64,000 nucleotides of DNA, taken from NCBI RefSeq assembly GCF_028713855.1, contig NZ_JAQTNN010000016.1, positions 215 to 64,214 of the forward strand. The letters run 5' to 3'. The notes beneath the pieces are model-generated. The model searched no databases. It was given only the letters and a program-made list of their open reading frames with translations, and was not told the origin of the DNA. Each line of letters begins with the position of its first letter. The stretch's first letter is position 1. The stretch comes from Sulfuricurvum sp. (GTDB taxonomy: Bacteria > Campylobacterota > Campylobacteria > Campylobacterales > Sulfurimonadaceae). Shown one piece after another: positions 22,894 to 32,306 of the stretch. Both the position numbers and the translations under genes were made by a program.

Positions 22894-24588
22894 ATGCGAA
22901 TTATTGCTTTGCTGATGGCGTGGTCGTTTCTTGCCTTCGCCTCTCCTCTTCTTCTCACCTTCAAAGGTAACGAAAAAATATCAGATAGCAACCTCTACGA
23001 CGCGTTGGGCTTGCGAAAACCCTACGCGATAGAGGTTTGGGAAGCACATCCATCTATCGAATCTGCGGCAATTTCCCAAAGTCTCTCCGCATTGACAAGT
23101 TTTTACCGATCCAAAGGGTTCTACCACGCAAAAATCACCTCTGAAACCAAAGAAAACGGGGTTGTTTTCAAAATAGAAGAAAATGATCCCATCATCATCG
23201 GTGACGTCAAAATCAACAGTCCGATAGAAGTGAACTCAGCGGTTACGCTTCATAACGATGACGTATTTGATCAGGAAAAGTTCTCTGCATCCAAAGCCGA
23301 AATTAAAAAACGCTACGCCCAAGCGGGCTATTGCAATGCAGACTTTAATTCCAAAGCGTGGGTCGATATCGAAACCAATCATGCCTATCTTCTCTTCGAA
23401 GCGACTCCCGGAGAACCCTGCACCTTCGGTGCTGTCAATGTCGAATCGACGCCGAATATCAACGGAAAACTTACTGCCTCAATGCTCCGTTTTAAAGAGG
23501 GCGATCCCTACAGTGTCGAAGCCATCCGTCAAAGTTACGAAGCCCTATATGCGCAAGAAGGGGTAACACGGGTTATTATCAACGATAACGAGCGTAACGG
23601 CAGCGTGGTCCCGATCCTGCTCAATATCGAAGAGGCCGAACTTCCGATCCGCTTTACCGCAGGGTTAGGGTACAGCAGCGATGAGGGAATTACCGCTCAA
23701 ACAGGACTCAAACACCGCAATTTTTTAGGCAATCTCAAAACTCTCTCTCTGGATGCTCGTTATTCACAGATTAAGCAAGAAGCCTCCGGAACATTTGGTC
23801 TACCGCTCGAAAACCGGGGGCTTTTAGGTGCTGAAATCGGGTATAAAAATGAGATTTTCGACGGCTATAAAACCGAAAGCACCTATGAAAAATTAACCGC
23901 TAAATACCAAGACACCCCGGGATCAGCCATGTTTGGCGTGTTGTTGGATGAGGTTCAAACCTATCAGAGCCAAGACATCACTACCTTCCCCAACAGCAAG
24001 CTATTTATCGCTTCACCCATAGGCGAACTCAACTATGATACACGGGACAAGCCGCTCAATCCGACCAAAGGGTATTGGCTAAATGCCAACCTAATGGGAT
24101 CGTTGTATACCCCAGGACTCTCGGATGCTACCTATTTTAAATCTCTCCTCTCTGCCGCATACATCACCAGCATGAATGCGCATGTATTTGGTGCCAAAGT
24201 GAAATGGGGAACCCTCCGAATCTACGACGGCTCAATTCCTTCATCCTATCGATTTTACGCAGGGGGGATGAACTCCAACCGTGCGTACACCTATCGGGAT
24301 TTAGGTTCCAAGAACAGTGACGGCGATCCAATCGGGTTTGCATCGATAACGGAGGGGACGCTAGAGTATCGATTTCCGATTTATGAAGAGTTTCGAGGGG
24401 TTTTGTTCAGTGATGTCACCTTTGCCTCCCAAAATATTCTCCCCGATTATGCTAATGACGGATATTTAGGGGTAGGGGTAGGATTCCGTTATGTTACTCC
24501 GGTCGGACCTGTCGCAATTGATTTCGGGATTAATCCCGAAGATACGGCTCAATACGCGATCCATTTTCGAATCGGAGAACTGTTTTGA
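22894..24588 (+). CDS. tamA: TamA/BamA-family outer membrane protein
   Basis: POTRA-like N-terminus, GLGYSSDEG, RFYAGGMNSNRAY, GVGFRYVTPVGPVAIDFG; followed by a TamB-like gene. Confidence 0.85.
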   Translation: MRIIALLMAWSFLAFASPLLLTFKGNEKISDSNLYDALGLRKPYAIEVWEAHPSIESAAISQSLSALTSFYRSKGFYHAKITSETKENGVVFKIEENDPIIIGDVKINSPIEVNSAVTLHNDDVFDQEKFSASKAEIKKRYAQAGYCNADFNSKAWVDIETNHAYLLFEATPGEPCTFGAVNVESTPNINGKLTASMLRFKEGDPYSVEAIRQSYEALYAQEGVTRVIINDNERNGSVVPILLNIEEAELPIRFTAGLGYSSDEGITAQTGLKHRNFLGNLKTLSLDARYSQIKQEASGTFGLPLENRGLLGAEIGYKNEIFDGYKTESTYEKLTAKYQDTPGSAMFGVLLDEVQTYQSQDITTFPNSKLFIASPIGELNYDTRDKPLNPTKGYWLNANLMGSLYTPGLSDATYFKSLLSAAYITSMNAHVFGAKVKWGTLRIYDGSIPSSYRFYAGGMNSNRAYTYRDLGSKNSDGDPIGFASITEGTLEYRFPIYEEFRGVLFSDVTFASQNILPDYANDGYLGVGVGFRYVTPVGPVAIDFGINPEDTAQYAIHFRIGELF

Positions 24589-27404
24589 AAAGGTTCCGTA
24601 CTCTCCCTTGGCTCAAGTGGCTCAAACATCTGTTTGTAACGTTTCACTTTCTCCTCTACACTATGGTGCTATTGGCTTCAGCCGCTGTGTATATCGCCTT
24701 TCGTCCGGATAGCCTCGAAATCGTTAATACCTATTTCCTCGAACCGTTCGATATACACTATTCCCGTGCCGAAGGGTCATTGCTAGAGGGATTTACTATC
24801 CATAATCTCCACAGCAAAAAAATAACGGCTAAAACTCTCATTCTCAAATACAACCTCGTAAAAATGTTAGAGGGAGAACATACGATCGACTCAGTTCATA
24901 TTGACGGATTACAGCTCCATTTGGACGACTTTTTAACCGATGACAACGCCCCGTGGCCTTTTCCGACGTTCAAACTTCGCGAAGTAGTGATCACCAATCT
25001 CCAGCTTATCAGCAGTTATCCGATCGAACTGGATATTCATGCCAAAAATGGGAACTATGATGGAAATGTGATCAATTTTGCATCATTAGATGCGACTCTC
25101 AAATCTCGCTATGCCAACGGTGCGATTCATGGAAAAGTATCTAAAAATGCCCTCGTCGGAACAGGTGATCTGTATCCGAATGCGGTCGAGCTCGCTCCCT
25201 ACAGCGAGAAATTCACAACATTGCCCCGCGTAGTTCGGCTAACTATAACCGAACTCTCCGATACCAAAGCGCTGTTACAAACCTCCATTGCGAGCCTCAC
25301 GTCCAAACAAGATGCTACCGTGAGTGCCAACACCATAGCGCTTGATTTTCGCTATCGGTATGATGATGAGTATTTTGATGTCGATGCAACCTATGTGCTT
25401 CAACGCATCCAAGATTCAATGCAAACAAAACAACATTTGCGCTATACCCTAGAGGGCAAAACGGCAACCGAATTCGACGGACTCATCACCTCGCTTCAAC
25501 CCCTTCCGGCTAATACCTTGCATGGAGAGGTTACAGATGATGCAAACGGAGTGAACGGCACAGTATCCCTCGATGGAAGTACGCTGCATCTCTCCAGCCC
25601 TGATTACGACCGTTTTACATGGGATATGGGAAGTAATCATCAAAATCTCGCTTTTATCCCTTCCCTTCCAGAATTTTTACGTGCTTCACCCTTGCAGATA
25701 AAAGCGCATGGTACCTATATCCTCAGCACCAATGCCCTTGAGGGCTCTCTTGATGCCGCGCACAAGTCTGCCCTCTTTAAAGGGAAATTTTCAACCTTAA
25801 ACGACCATCATTCTCTAAGCGGAAACCTCACACTGCCAAGCGATGCACCGCTGTGGAAAAGCTGGAAACATAAACCGCCTGAACAGCTCATGATCTCACT
25901 CAGTAACGAAGCTAATGCTACTCGCATCAACCTCTCCGGAGATTCTTTAGCCCTATCGGCTGCTCTGATTGGAGAAAACATCAAAGGTTCAGGCAACTAT
26001 ATGGGTGCTTTTTTCGATTTTCAAGGAGGGATATCCGCCAACCAAAGCACCCTTCAAATCGATACTCTTATACCCTCTTTGTTTGCCACTCTCTCCAAAC
26101 TGGAACCTATCGAACTGAATCACGGAGAATATTACGATATGGAAGTTCGGGCAAAAACGCAGGTTACATTAAACGACACTCTCCATATCCAAAGTGATCT
26201 TACCATCCCCTGGTATGCGGCAGTGCTTGATTCTCAACGCTCTTTCGGGGGAACAGACGGTCAAGTCCGTATCGAATACAATGACGGTAATATCACCATT
26301 CCCCACTACCGTCTCGAAATTGCCGGGCATGACGTGATGAGTGATAAAACTTCCCACATGCATCTAGGAGCGGATGGAAAGCTTAGTATTGATGAATTTT
26401 GGATGTACGATACGCTGCTCCTCAACGGAACAATCTCTCCCGATTTGAGTGCATCGCTGCGGCTTCGATCGGATCGTTTCAGTTATCACGGTCCTGAAGG
26501 CTCTGCCCATGCGGGAGCCGATCTCACCTTTGAACGCGATTCACAAGCCAATCAAACACTTGCGGGCTCTTTAAACATATTAGACGCTACGATCACCTAC
26601 CTGCCGCTGCAACAGCTGAAAGTTATGGACGATGATATTGTGATCATTCAAGATGTCCGTCCCCCTAGTCATATAAAACTGGCTATGAACCTCCATATAA
26701 CGGCTCAACAGCCGATCCATTATCAAACCAAAGAGCTCGATTTGCGTCTCAGTCCTGATATCACTCTCTGGAAAGACCCTACCGCTCTCATGCAAATTTT
26801 AGGGATGGTAAGTATCCCTTCCGGCACCGCTAAAACGGGCGGGAAAGAGTTCACGATCAAACCGAGCGAAATCTATTTTGGCGGTGATGTTCCCCTGAAT
26901 CCCTACCTCAATCTGACCATTGCCCATGAAGTCGATTATAAAAAAATCCTCATCTATGTTACCCACACTCTCGATTCACCGATTTTCCTATTCAGCTCCG
27001 ATCCGGTGATGACCCAAAACGATATCATGAGCTATATTCTCTTCGGTGCTCCGGCCAATACGGCAGATAACAGTACCTCCGGCGTCCGTGCCGATGCAAC
27101 AAACTTTATGTTAGGGGCAGGTCTAAAAGGACTTATCAACGGAGCGACCAAAATTCAAATCGATACGATGAATATCCTCACTACTGCCGAGGGAGGTATG
27201 GGGTTTGAAGTGGGCGCCCGGCTAAACAAAGATCTCCGCGTCCTCTATAAAAATGATACCGTTTCCAGTGTCTTGATCCAATACACAGTCAATCGATGGC
27301 TCCGTCTGGATGCCGATGTCCATGAGCTTGGACAAGGAATTAATGCCGTTTATATCAAAGATTTTAGAGACTTTCTCCCACATAATAAGCCCGTTAAAAA
27401 ATAA
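24585..27404 (+). CDS. tamB: Translocation/assembly module TamB-like protein
   Basis: N-terminal TM, 939 aa beta-rich, DUF490-like C-terminus (NPYLNL, IYVTHTLDSP, MSYILFG). Confidence 0.8.
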   Translation: MKRFRTLPWLKWLKHLFVTFHFLLYTMVLLASAAVYIAFRPDSLEIVNTYFLEPFDIHYSRAEGSLLEGFTIHNLHSKKITAKTLILKYNLVKMLEGEHTIDSVHIDGLQLHLDDFLTDDNAPWPFPTFKLREVVITNLQLISSYPIELDIHAKNGNYDGNVINFASLDATLKSRYANGAIHGKVSKNALVGTGDLYPNAVELAPYSEKFTTLPRVVRLTITELSDTKALLQTSIASLTSKQDATVSANTIALDFRYRYDDEYFDVDATYVLQRIQDSMQTKQHLRYTLEGKTATEFDGLITSLQPLPANTLHGEVTDDANGVNGTVSLDGSTLHLSSPDYDRFTWDMGSNHQNLAFIPSLPEFLRASPLQIKAHGTYILSTNALEGSLDAAHKSALFKGKFSTLNDHHSLSGNLTLPSDAPLWKSWKHKPPEQLMISLSNEANATRINLSGDSLALSAALIGENIKGSGNYMGAFFDFQGGISANQSTLQIDTLIPSLFATLSKLEPIELNHGEYYDMEVRAKTQVTLNDTLHIQSDLTIPWYAAVLDSQRSFGGTDGQVRIEYNDGNITIPHYRLEIAGHDVMSDKTSHMHLGADGKLSIDEFWMYDTLLLNGTISPDLSASLRLRSDRFSYHGPEGSAHAGADLTFERDSQANQTLAGSLNILDATITYLPLQQLKVMDDDIVIIQDVRPPSHIKLAMNLHITAQQPIHYQTKELDLRLSPDITLWKDPTALMQILGMVSIPSGTAKTGGKEFTIKPSEIYFGGDVPLNPYLNLTIAHEVDYKKILIYVTHTLDSPIFLFSSDPVMTQNDIMSYILFGAPANTADNSTSGVRADATNFMLGAGLKGLINGATKIQIDTMNILTTAEGGMGFEVGARLNKDLRVLYKNDTVSSVLIQYTVNRWLRLDADVHELGQGINAVYIKDFRDFLPHNKPVKK

Positions 27405-27405
27405 A

Positions 27406-27449
27406 TCTTGATATCCGTCAAGATCTATTTCCACTGATTTTTCTATACT
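27406..27449 (+). promoter_or_regulatory. Crp/Fnr-family (Nss/DNR-type) box and class II promoter
   Basis: TCTTGA-TATCCG-TCAAGA at 27406-27423; TATACT at 27444-27449 places the box centre near -41.5. Confidence 0.7.
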
Positions 27450-27479
27450 TGCAGTTATACTTTAGCCAAGGATTCTATT

Positions 27480-27914
27480 ATGATACTCGAATTTATGCGT
27501 GACGATCACCGTGCCTGCGACCACCTTTATGCCGAAGCAGAAAGTGCCTTGCTAGCAAAAGATGCTGAAAAAGCCAAAACGATCTTTGATCAATTTTACA
27601 CTGCCACCAACCACCATTTCGATATGGAAGAAAAAGAGCTTTTTATCACCTTCGAAAAGCGGACAGGAATGATGGGGGGACCGACACAGATGATGCGTTA
27701 TGAGCACCAACAGCTTCGCAGTTTAATCGAATCGATGCGTCTTGCCCTGAATGAAAACCGTACAAACGATTTTTTCGGTATTGGTGAATCGATGATGATT
27801 ATGCTCCAGCAGCACAACATGAAAGAGGAACAAATGCTCTATCCAATGATCGATCGAACCCTGGGCGGTGATGCAGAACTTATCATACAAACATTGAGGG
27901 ATATGCCGATATGA
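27480..27914 (+). CDS. Hemerythrin-like (HHE) domain protein
   Basis: DHRACD, HHFDMEE, EHQQLR, HNMKEEQMLYP di-iron ligands. Confidence 0.9.
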   Translation: MILEFMRDDHRACDHLYAEAESALLAKDAEKAKTIFDQFYTATNHHFDMEEKELFITFEKRTGMMGGPTQMMRYEHQQLRSLIESMRLALNENRTNDFFGIGESMMIMLQQHNMKEEQMLYPMIDRTLGGDAELIIQTLRDMPI

Positions 27915-28147
27915 TTCTTCTCGATACTCGAGAACTCGATCATCCTATCCCTTTGGAGATGGCAGTCGATGCATTTAAAACTCTTAAAAGCAATGAGGTT
28001 ATCCACATGATTCATCGACGTGAACCGATCCCGCTGTTTGAGATCATTACAAAAAACGGCGGACGCTATCTCTCCTACCAAGATACAGATCAGCTATGGC
28101 ATATTTATATCACACGCGATGGTGATCTGGAGGCATTGCGTGTTTGA
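27911..28147 (+). CDS. DUF2249 domain protein
   Basis: LDTRELDHPIPL..HRREPIPL; ATGA-coupled to the hemerythrin gene. Confidence 0.8.
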   Translation: MILLDTRELDHPIPLEMAVDAFKTLKSNEVIHMIHRREPIPLFEIITKNGGRYLSYQDTDQLWHIYITRDGDLEALRV

Positions 28148-29405
28148 GGGATTATCACTCGATCAGGCGCCGCCGATTTCCGTCGTTCTCCGATTTTTTC
28201 TCAGCGTACCGGTTTTTGGAATATTCTTATCGGTGCTAATGATGCTCTACCCAACACAGATTCTTACAGTGAATCATCCTCTCTCACTCGCCGCGATTCA
28301 TCTGCTGTTTTTAGGGGTCATTACGATGAGTATGATCGGTGCACTCTTTCAAATGCAAAGCGTCCTCGGCGGACGCCCTATTCCTGCACCACTGGGAAAT
28401 GCCTTTTTAATTCATATTTTATTCAGCGTCGGCATCTTTACGTTGGCAGGGGCTTTTATCACCCAGATCGCTCCGCTCTTTGTTTTAGCCGCCACCCTCT
28501 TAGGGAGCGGTATCGTCTATACCGTTTTTTTAATTATCCCTTTACTGTTTAAAAGCAGCCTCCATGACACCCTCAGAGGGATGCGTCTGGCACTAATTTC
28601 TCTTTTTATCACCGCACTCCTAGGGATCGTTATGGCAGACGCTTATGCAGAGGGAAATTTCTCGACATTTCACGAGGCCATTCGAGCAACACACTACTCG
28701 TTTGCCCTTATCGGCTGGATCGGTGCGCTGATTATCGCGGTCGCATTTCAGGTAGTCGAGATGTTTTACGTCGCCACGCCGTACAGCGACTGGTGCAAAC
28801 ACAACGTTTTTCGCATCATCCCAGCCGCGCTCATCCTCAAAACGCTATGGCTCTTTTTGGCGCTTCCCTATGTTTGGGTGTTTGATCTTCTGTTAGCCGC
28901 GTTACTGATGGGATTTTTTACCACAACCGTGCGTCGGCTGCGTGAACGCAAACGACGTGTTAGCGATGTGAGTATTTGGTTTTGGAGTATAGGGATGGGA
29001 TTATTGTTTGTATCACTGATCGCCTATGGAGGCTATCTTTGGAATATGGAAGAAGTGATTCTACAGATTGCCGTTATCGCGTATGCACTGTTTGCTCTCT
29101 CTATCATTTTAGGGATGATGGGAAAAATCGTCCCTTTTTTAGTCTGGTTTCATCTCAGTTCAGCAGGATACATGGATGCCCCTATCATGTCGCATGTTAT
29201 TCCTCTTAAACGATCCCAATCGCTGTTTGGTTTGTTTGTTCTCGTCTGTGGTACAGCCGTCATGTCGGTATTGTATCCGCCTCTATTCATACTGACAGGG
29301 GTATTCTCCTTTGCCCTGTTTGCACTTTTGGGCTACAACCTCATCCAAGCATTAAAACTATACCGTTACACCCTCACTCACGGTACACGATTTACACTGG
29401 AGTAA
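28140..29405 (+). CDS. Polytopic membrane protein with conserved His (NnrS / haem-copper subunit I-like)
   Basis: GTG start at 28140 after GGAGG; about 12 TMs; AIHLLFLG, THYSFALIGW, KIVPFLVWFH. Confidence 0.7.
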   Translation: MFEGLSLDQAPPISVVLRFFLSVPVFGIFLSVLMMLYPTQILTVNHPLSLAAIHLLFLGVITMSMIGALFQMQSVLGGRPIPAPLGNAFLIHILFSVGIFTLAGAFITQIAPLFVLAATLLGSGIVYTVFLIIPLLFKSSLHDTLRGMRLALISLFITALLGIVMADAYAEGNFSTFHEAIRATHYSFALIGWIGALIIAVAFQVVEMFYVATPYSDWCKHNVFRIIPAALILKTLWLFLALPYVWVFDLLLAALLMGFFTTTVRRLRERKRRVSDVSIWFWSIGMGLLFVSLIAYGGYLWNMEEVILQIAVIAYALFALSIILGMMGKIVPFLVWFHLSSAGYMDAPIMSHVIPLKRSQSLFGLFVLVCGTAVMSVLYPPLFILTGVFSFALFALLGYNLIQALKLYRYTLTHGTRFTLE

Positions 29406-30007
29406 TACACATTCAAATAAACGAATCGGTTGATTATACTTCTCACGAGTATGACAATCAACCAACATGTAATCCATCCGGCGATAACATCCGAGGGGAA
29501 ATGAGCACCTAAACTTATACGTGAAATTCCCACTAAAACCACAAAAAATACCGCGACATACTTTTGCCAAGGGAATACAAATAATGGCCAGATGCTGGCC
29601 GCTATCAGTATTGCAAACGAAGCATGTCCGCTGGGTAGACTATGATGATATTCTGCCTCTCCGATAATATAAACCGTTTCAATCGGAAGTGCTAGCGGTG
29701 GTCTGGGAAAATCAAAGAAAGGTTTTACTACGCCCAACAACCAGCCATCGGCCAGATAAGCAACGCTAAAGACACTAATCGTACTGATCCAAAGCAACGT
29801 ATTGGTATCGGCCTGACCATTAGACGTTCTAGCAATGGCACGTGTAGCGATTAGACTCAAGATTGCAAGATACCATGGAAAAAGATGATGTGAGGCTGCA
29901 GCCGTTGCTGCAAGCATAATACTGTCTATAAAACCATTATGGATATTATTGATTAGATGAAATATCCAAACATTTAATCCACCCCAATCGTACAAATACC
30001 ACTTCAT
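29378..30007 (-). CDS. PAP2-family phosphatase
   Basis: KPFFDFPRP, SLPSGHA, SRISLGAHFPSDVIAG. Confidence 0.92.
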   Translation of the reverse strand: MKWYLYDWGGLNVWIFHLINNIHNGFIDSIMLAATAAASHHLFPWYLAILSLIATRAIARTSNGQADTNTLLWISTISVFSVAYLADGWLLGVVKPFFDFPRPPLALPIETVYIIGEAEYHHSLPSGHASFAILIAASIWPLFVFPWQKYVAVFFVVLVGISRISLGAHFPSDVIAGWITCWLIVILVRSIINRFVYLNVYYSSVNRVP

Positions 30008-30053
30008 AATAGTGCTTCCGTCCGTAATGAGTAACTACTAATTGCCTTCTCCC

Positions 30054-30734
30054 TCACGGAACACGCTTCGAGCAGTTATAATCGACAGTGGCTTCGACTT
30101 GTGTTGTTTCATCGCTTTGTATAGGGCTTTCGGTCGGAACCGAAGCCACCATTGCCATCCCTTTCGCCATCATAGGTATCGGTCGTGATACTCCGCTAAA
30201 ATTGACCGTGCTCACGAAACACTCCAACCCCGTCTCTTTTGAAAAAGCTTCAGCTTGATCTCGTGCTTTACGCAATAATTCCATACGCAGGTTTCCTTGA
30301 GCCGTAGCCTCCTGAACACGACTGACACCCCAATTCAACTCCCCCTGACTCTTTCGGACACCAACAGCCGTAACCTTATCGATTTCCGTACTCAACGCAT
30401 TGTAAGTATCGATACTCTTAAACTCACATCCGAAGCTAAGATTTGCACTGTAGCCGACAAATTCACGCTTTTGATCTTTGTAGCTATATTGCGGAGAGAG
30501 ATAATAGCCTCCGCCTTGGCACATCGTTGCATTCGGATCAAACCGTTTTACCTCTGCGACGATGGTATTAAGGTGTTCTTTTATCGTATTTTGATTTTTG
30601 CCCTGCTCTTCAAAGCTCAAACTCCCGCGCAGAACATCCGGTTTTAAAAGGGTCTCCACCCGCTCAGAAGTTGTAATATGCATCTGGGCGCTTACTAGTA
30701 CCGGCAATAAACAGGCTATCGAAAATTTATACAT
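30054..30734 (-). CDS. SIMPL (DUF541) domain periplasmic protein
   Basis: Signal peptide, PDVL start motif, LSPQY..FVGYSA, A..KARDQAE pattern. Confidence 0.7.
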   Translation of the reverse strand: MYKFSIACLLPVLVSAQMHITTSERVETLLKPDVLRGSLSFEEQGKNQNTIKEHLNTIVAEVKRFDPNATMCQGGGYYLSPQYSYKDQKREFVGYSANLSFGCEFKSIDTYNALSTEIDKVTAVGVRKSQGELNWGVSRVQEATAQGNLRMELLRKARDQAEAFSKETGLECFVSTVNFSGVSRPIPMMAKGMAMVASVPTESPIQSDETTQVEATVDYNCSKRVP

Positions 30735-30761
30735 AAGAACTCCTCTATCGAGATATTTTAT

Positions 30762-32300
30762 CTAATAACAGATACGGTTCCTGCCGGTCGTTTTCGCTGT
30801 ATACAGCGCATTGTCCGCCACCTTAATCATTTCCTCTTTATCTTGACCCTTATTGACAGTAGAAACTCCGATACTGACCGTCACTTTTCTACCTATTTCG
30901 AAATCATAATTTTCGATAACCTCTCTAAAATGCTCAGCCAATTGAAGGCTGTTTTTTAAATCGGTATTAACGGCAAGGACCATAAACTCTTCACCGCCCC
31001 AACGGACACAAACATCCGTAGAACGTGTATGCTGGTTCATAAGAGATCCCATGAGTTTGAGAACCCTGTCCCCTTTATCATGCCCATAGTTGTCATTGAT
31101 CATCTTGAAGTGATCCACGTCGATAAAAAGAATCGAAAACGGGGTTTGATAGCGATTATATTTTTGGACTTCATTATCCATTTGCTCCATCACCACCCTT
31201 CGATTTAAAAGCCCGGTCAAAGGATCGGTTCGCGACAGTGCATTAAGAAGTCTGTTTTGCTTTACAACATAGCGGATCAGGAAAGCGATAATACCAAAAA
31301 GCACCAGCATTGCACCGATAGCTATGCGCTGAATCGAAATCGTCCCCTCTTTTTGAACCAGATTTTTATTTTGGGATTCGATCTCTTTATTTAACGATTC
31401 AAGCTCTTCTTTTGCCCCGATTATCTTTTGCTGCTTCTCTTGATGTGATTGAAGAAGTTGTTTGAGAGTCTTCTCTTTCTCGGCAACTTTTTTCTCTTCC
31501 AGAAGAAGATTTTCTTTTTGAATAGCGATATTTTTTTGGATCGTATCGACTTCGAGCTGTTGAGCCTTTATCGTATTTTTCTGATCACTAATCGCTTCCA
31601 ATTGTTTCGTTATCATCGTATTTTGCGACTCTATCTTCGACTGTTGTTCCTTCAATGCCGCTTTTTGATTTTCAATAGCGGCAATCTTTTCGGATAACTC
31701 GTTATTTCTCTCTTTGATTTTTTTATTAAGTTCGGCAATCGTCTCTTTTTGCTCTTTAAGTTCATTTTGTGAACTTTTATAGAGTTTTGCGACGTCGATT
31801 TCCGTACCGCCCAGCAAGATTAAATCGGGAGAAACCCGCAGTGATCGGTTGATAAGATTAGGTTTATTTATCTCAAAAGTGACCATATCCCCGTTTTGGG
31901 TTAGATTGATCATCACCTTTTGTTTATCTTTGTAGTCATCACTGATGAGGAGGACACTGGATGAATCGTACTCATGGAAAAGCTTTTCATACATCGGTGC
32001 ATTGTCGCTGTCGACGTATACCGCCTGAATATTTTTCGGGATTTTTCCATCATAAAAAGAGACTCGGATTTTTTTATTTTCCAGCAGTTTTCTCGAAGAG
32101 AGGATTAAAAACATATTTTTCAGATTCTCATTCTTCGAGACAACAAGCAGATCGTAATCCTCAAACTTCGATTCATTCGGCCACGTCGTATGCTTCAAAA
32201 AATTATAGACATACGCTACTTTTACCTGATCACTGTTAATCTCTTTTGCACTAAGTGCAGTGAGCAACAATCCTAAAATTAGCCAAATAAATACTTTCAT
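30762..32300 (-). CDS. Diguanylate cyclase: YfiR/DUF4154 domain, long coiled coil, TM, GGDEF
   Basis: VKVAYVYNFLKHTTWP (YfiR-like), residues ~170-325 heptad-rich, TM ~326-345, DPLTGLLNRR, RSTD I-site, RWGGEEF. Confidence 0.9.
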   Translation of the reverse strand: MKVFIWLILGLLLTALSAKEINSDQVKVAYVYNFLKHTTWPNESKFEDYDLLVVSKNENLKNMFLILSSRKLLENKKIRVSFYDGKIPKNIQAVYVDSDNAPMYEKLFHEYDSSSVLLISDDYKDKQKVMINLTQNGDMVTFEINKPNLINRSLRVSPDLILLGGTEIDVAKLYKSSQNELKEQKETIAELNKKIKERNNELSEKIAAIENQKAALKEQQSKIESQNTMITKQLEAISDQKNTIKAQQLEVDTIQKNIAIQKENLLLEEKKVAEKEKTLKQLLQSHQEKQQKIIGAKEELESLNKEIESQNKNLVQKEGTISIQRIAIGAMLVLFGIIAFLIRYVVKQNRLLNALSRTDPLTGLLNRRVVMEQMDNEVQKYNRYQTPFSILFIDVDHFKMINDNYGHDKGDRVLKLMGSLMNQHTRSTDVCVRWGGEEFMVLAVNTDLKNSLQLAEHFREVIENYDFEIGRKVTVSIGVSTVNKGQDKEEMIKVADNALYTAKTTGRNRICY

Positions 32301-32306
32301 AACGTC

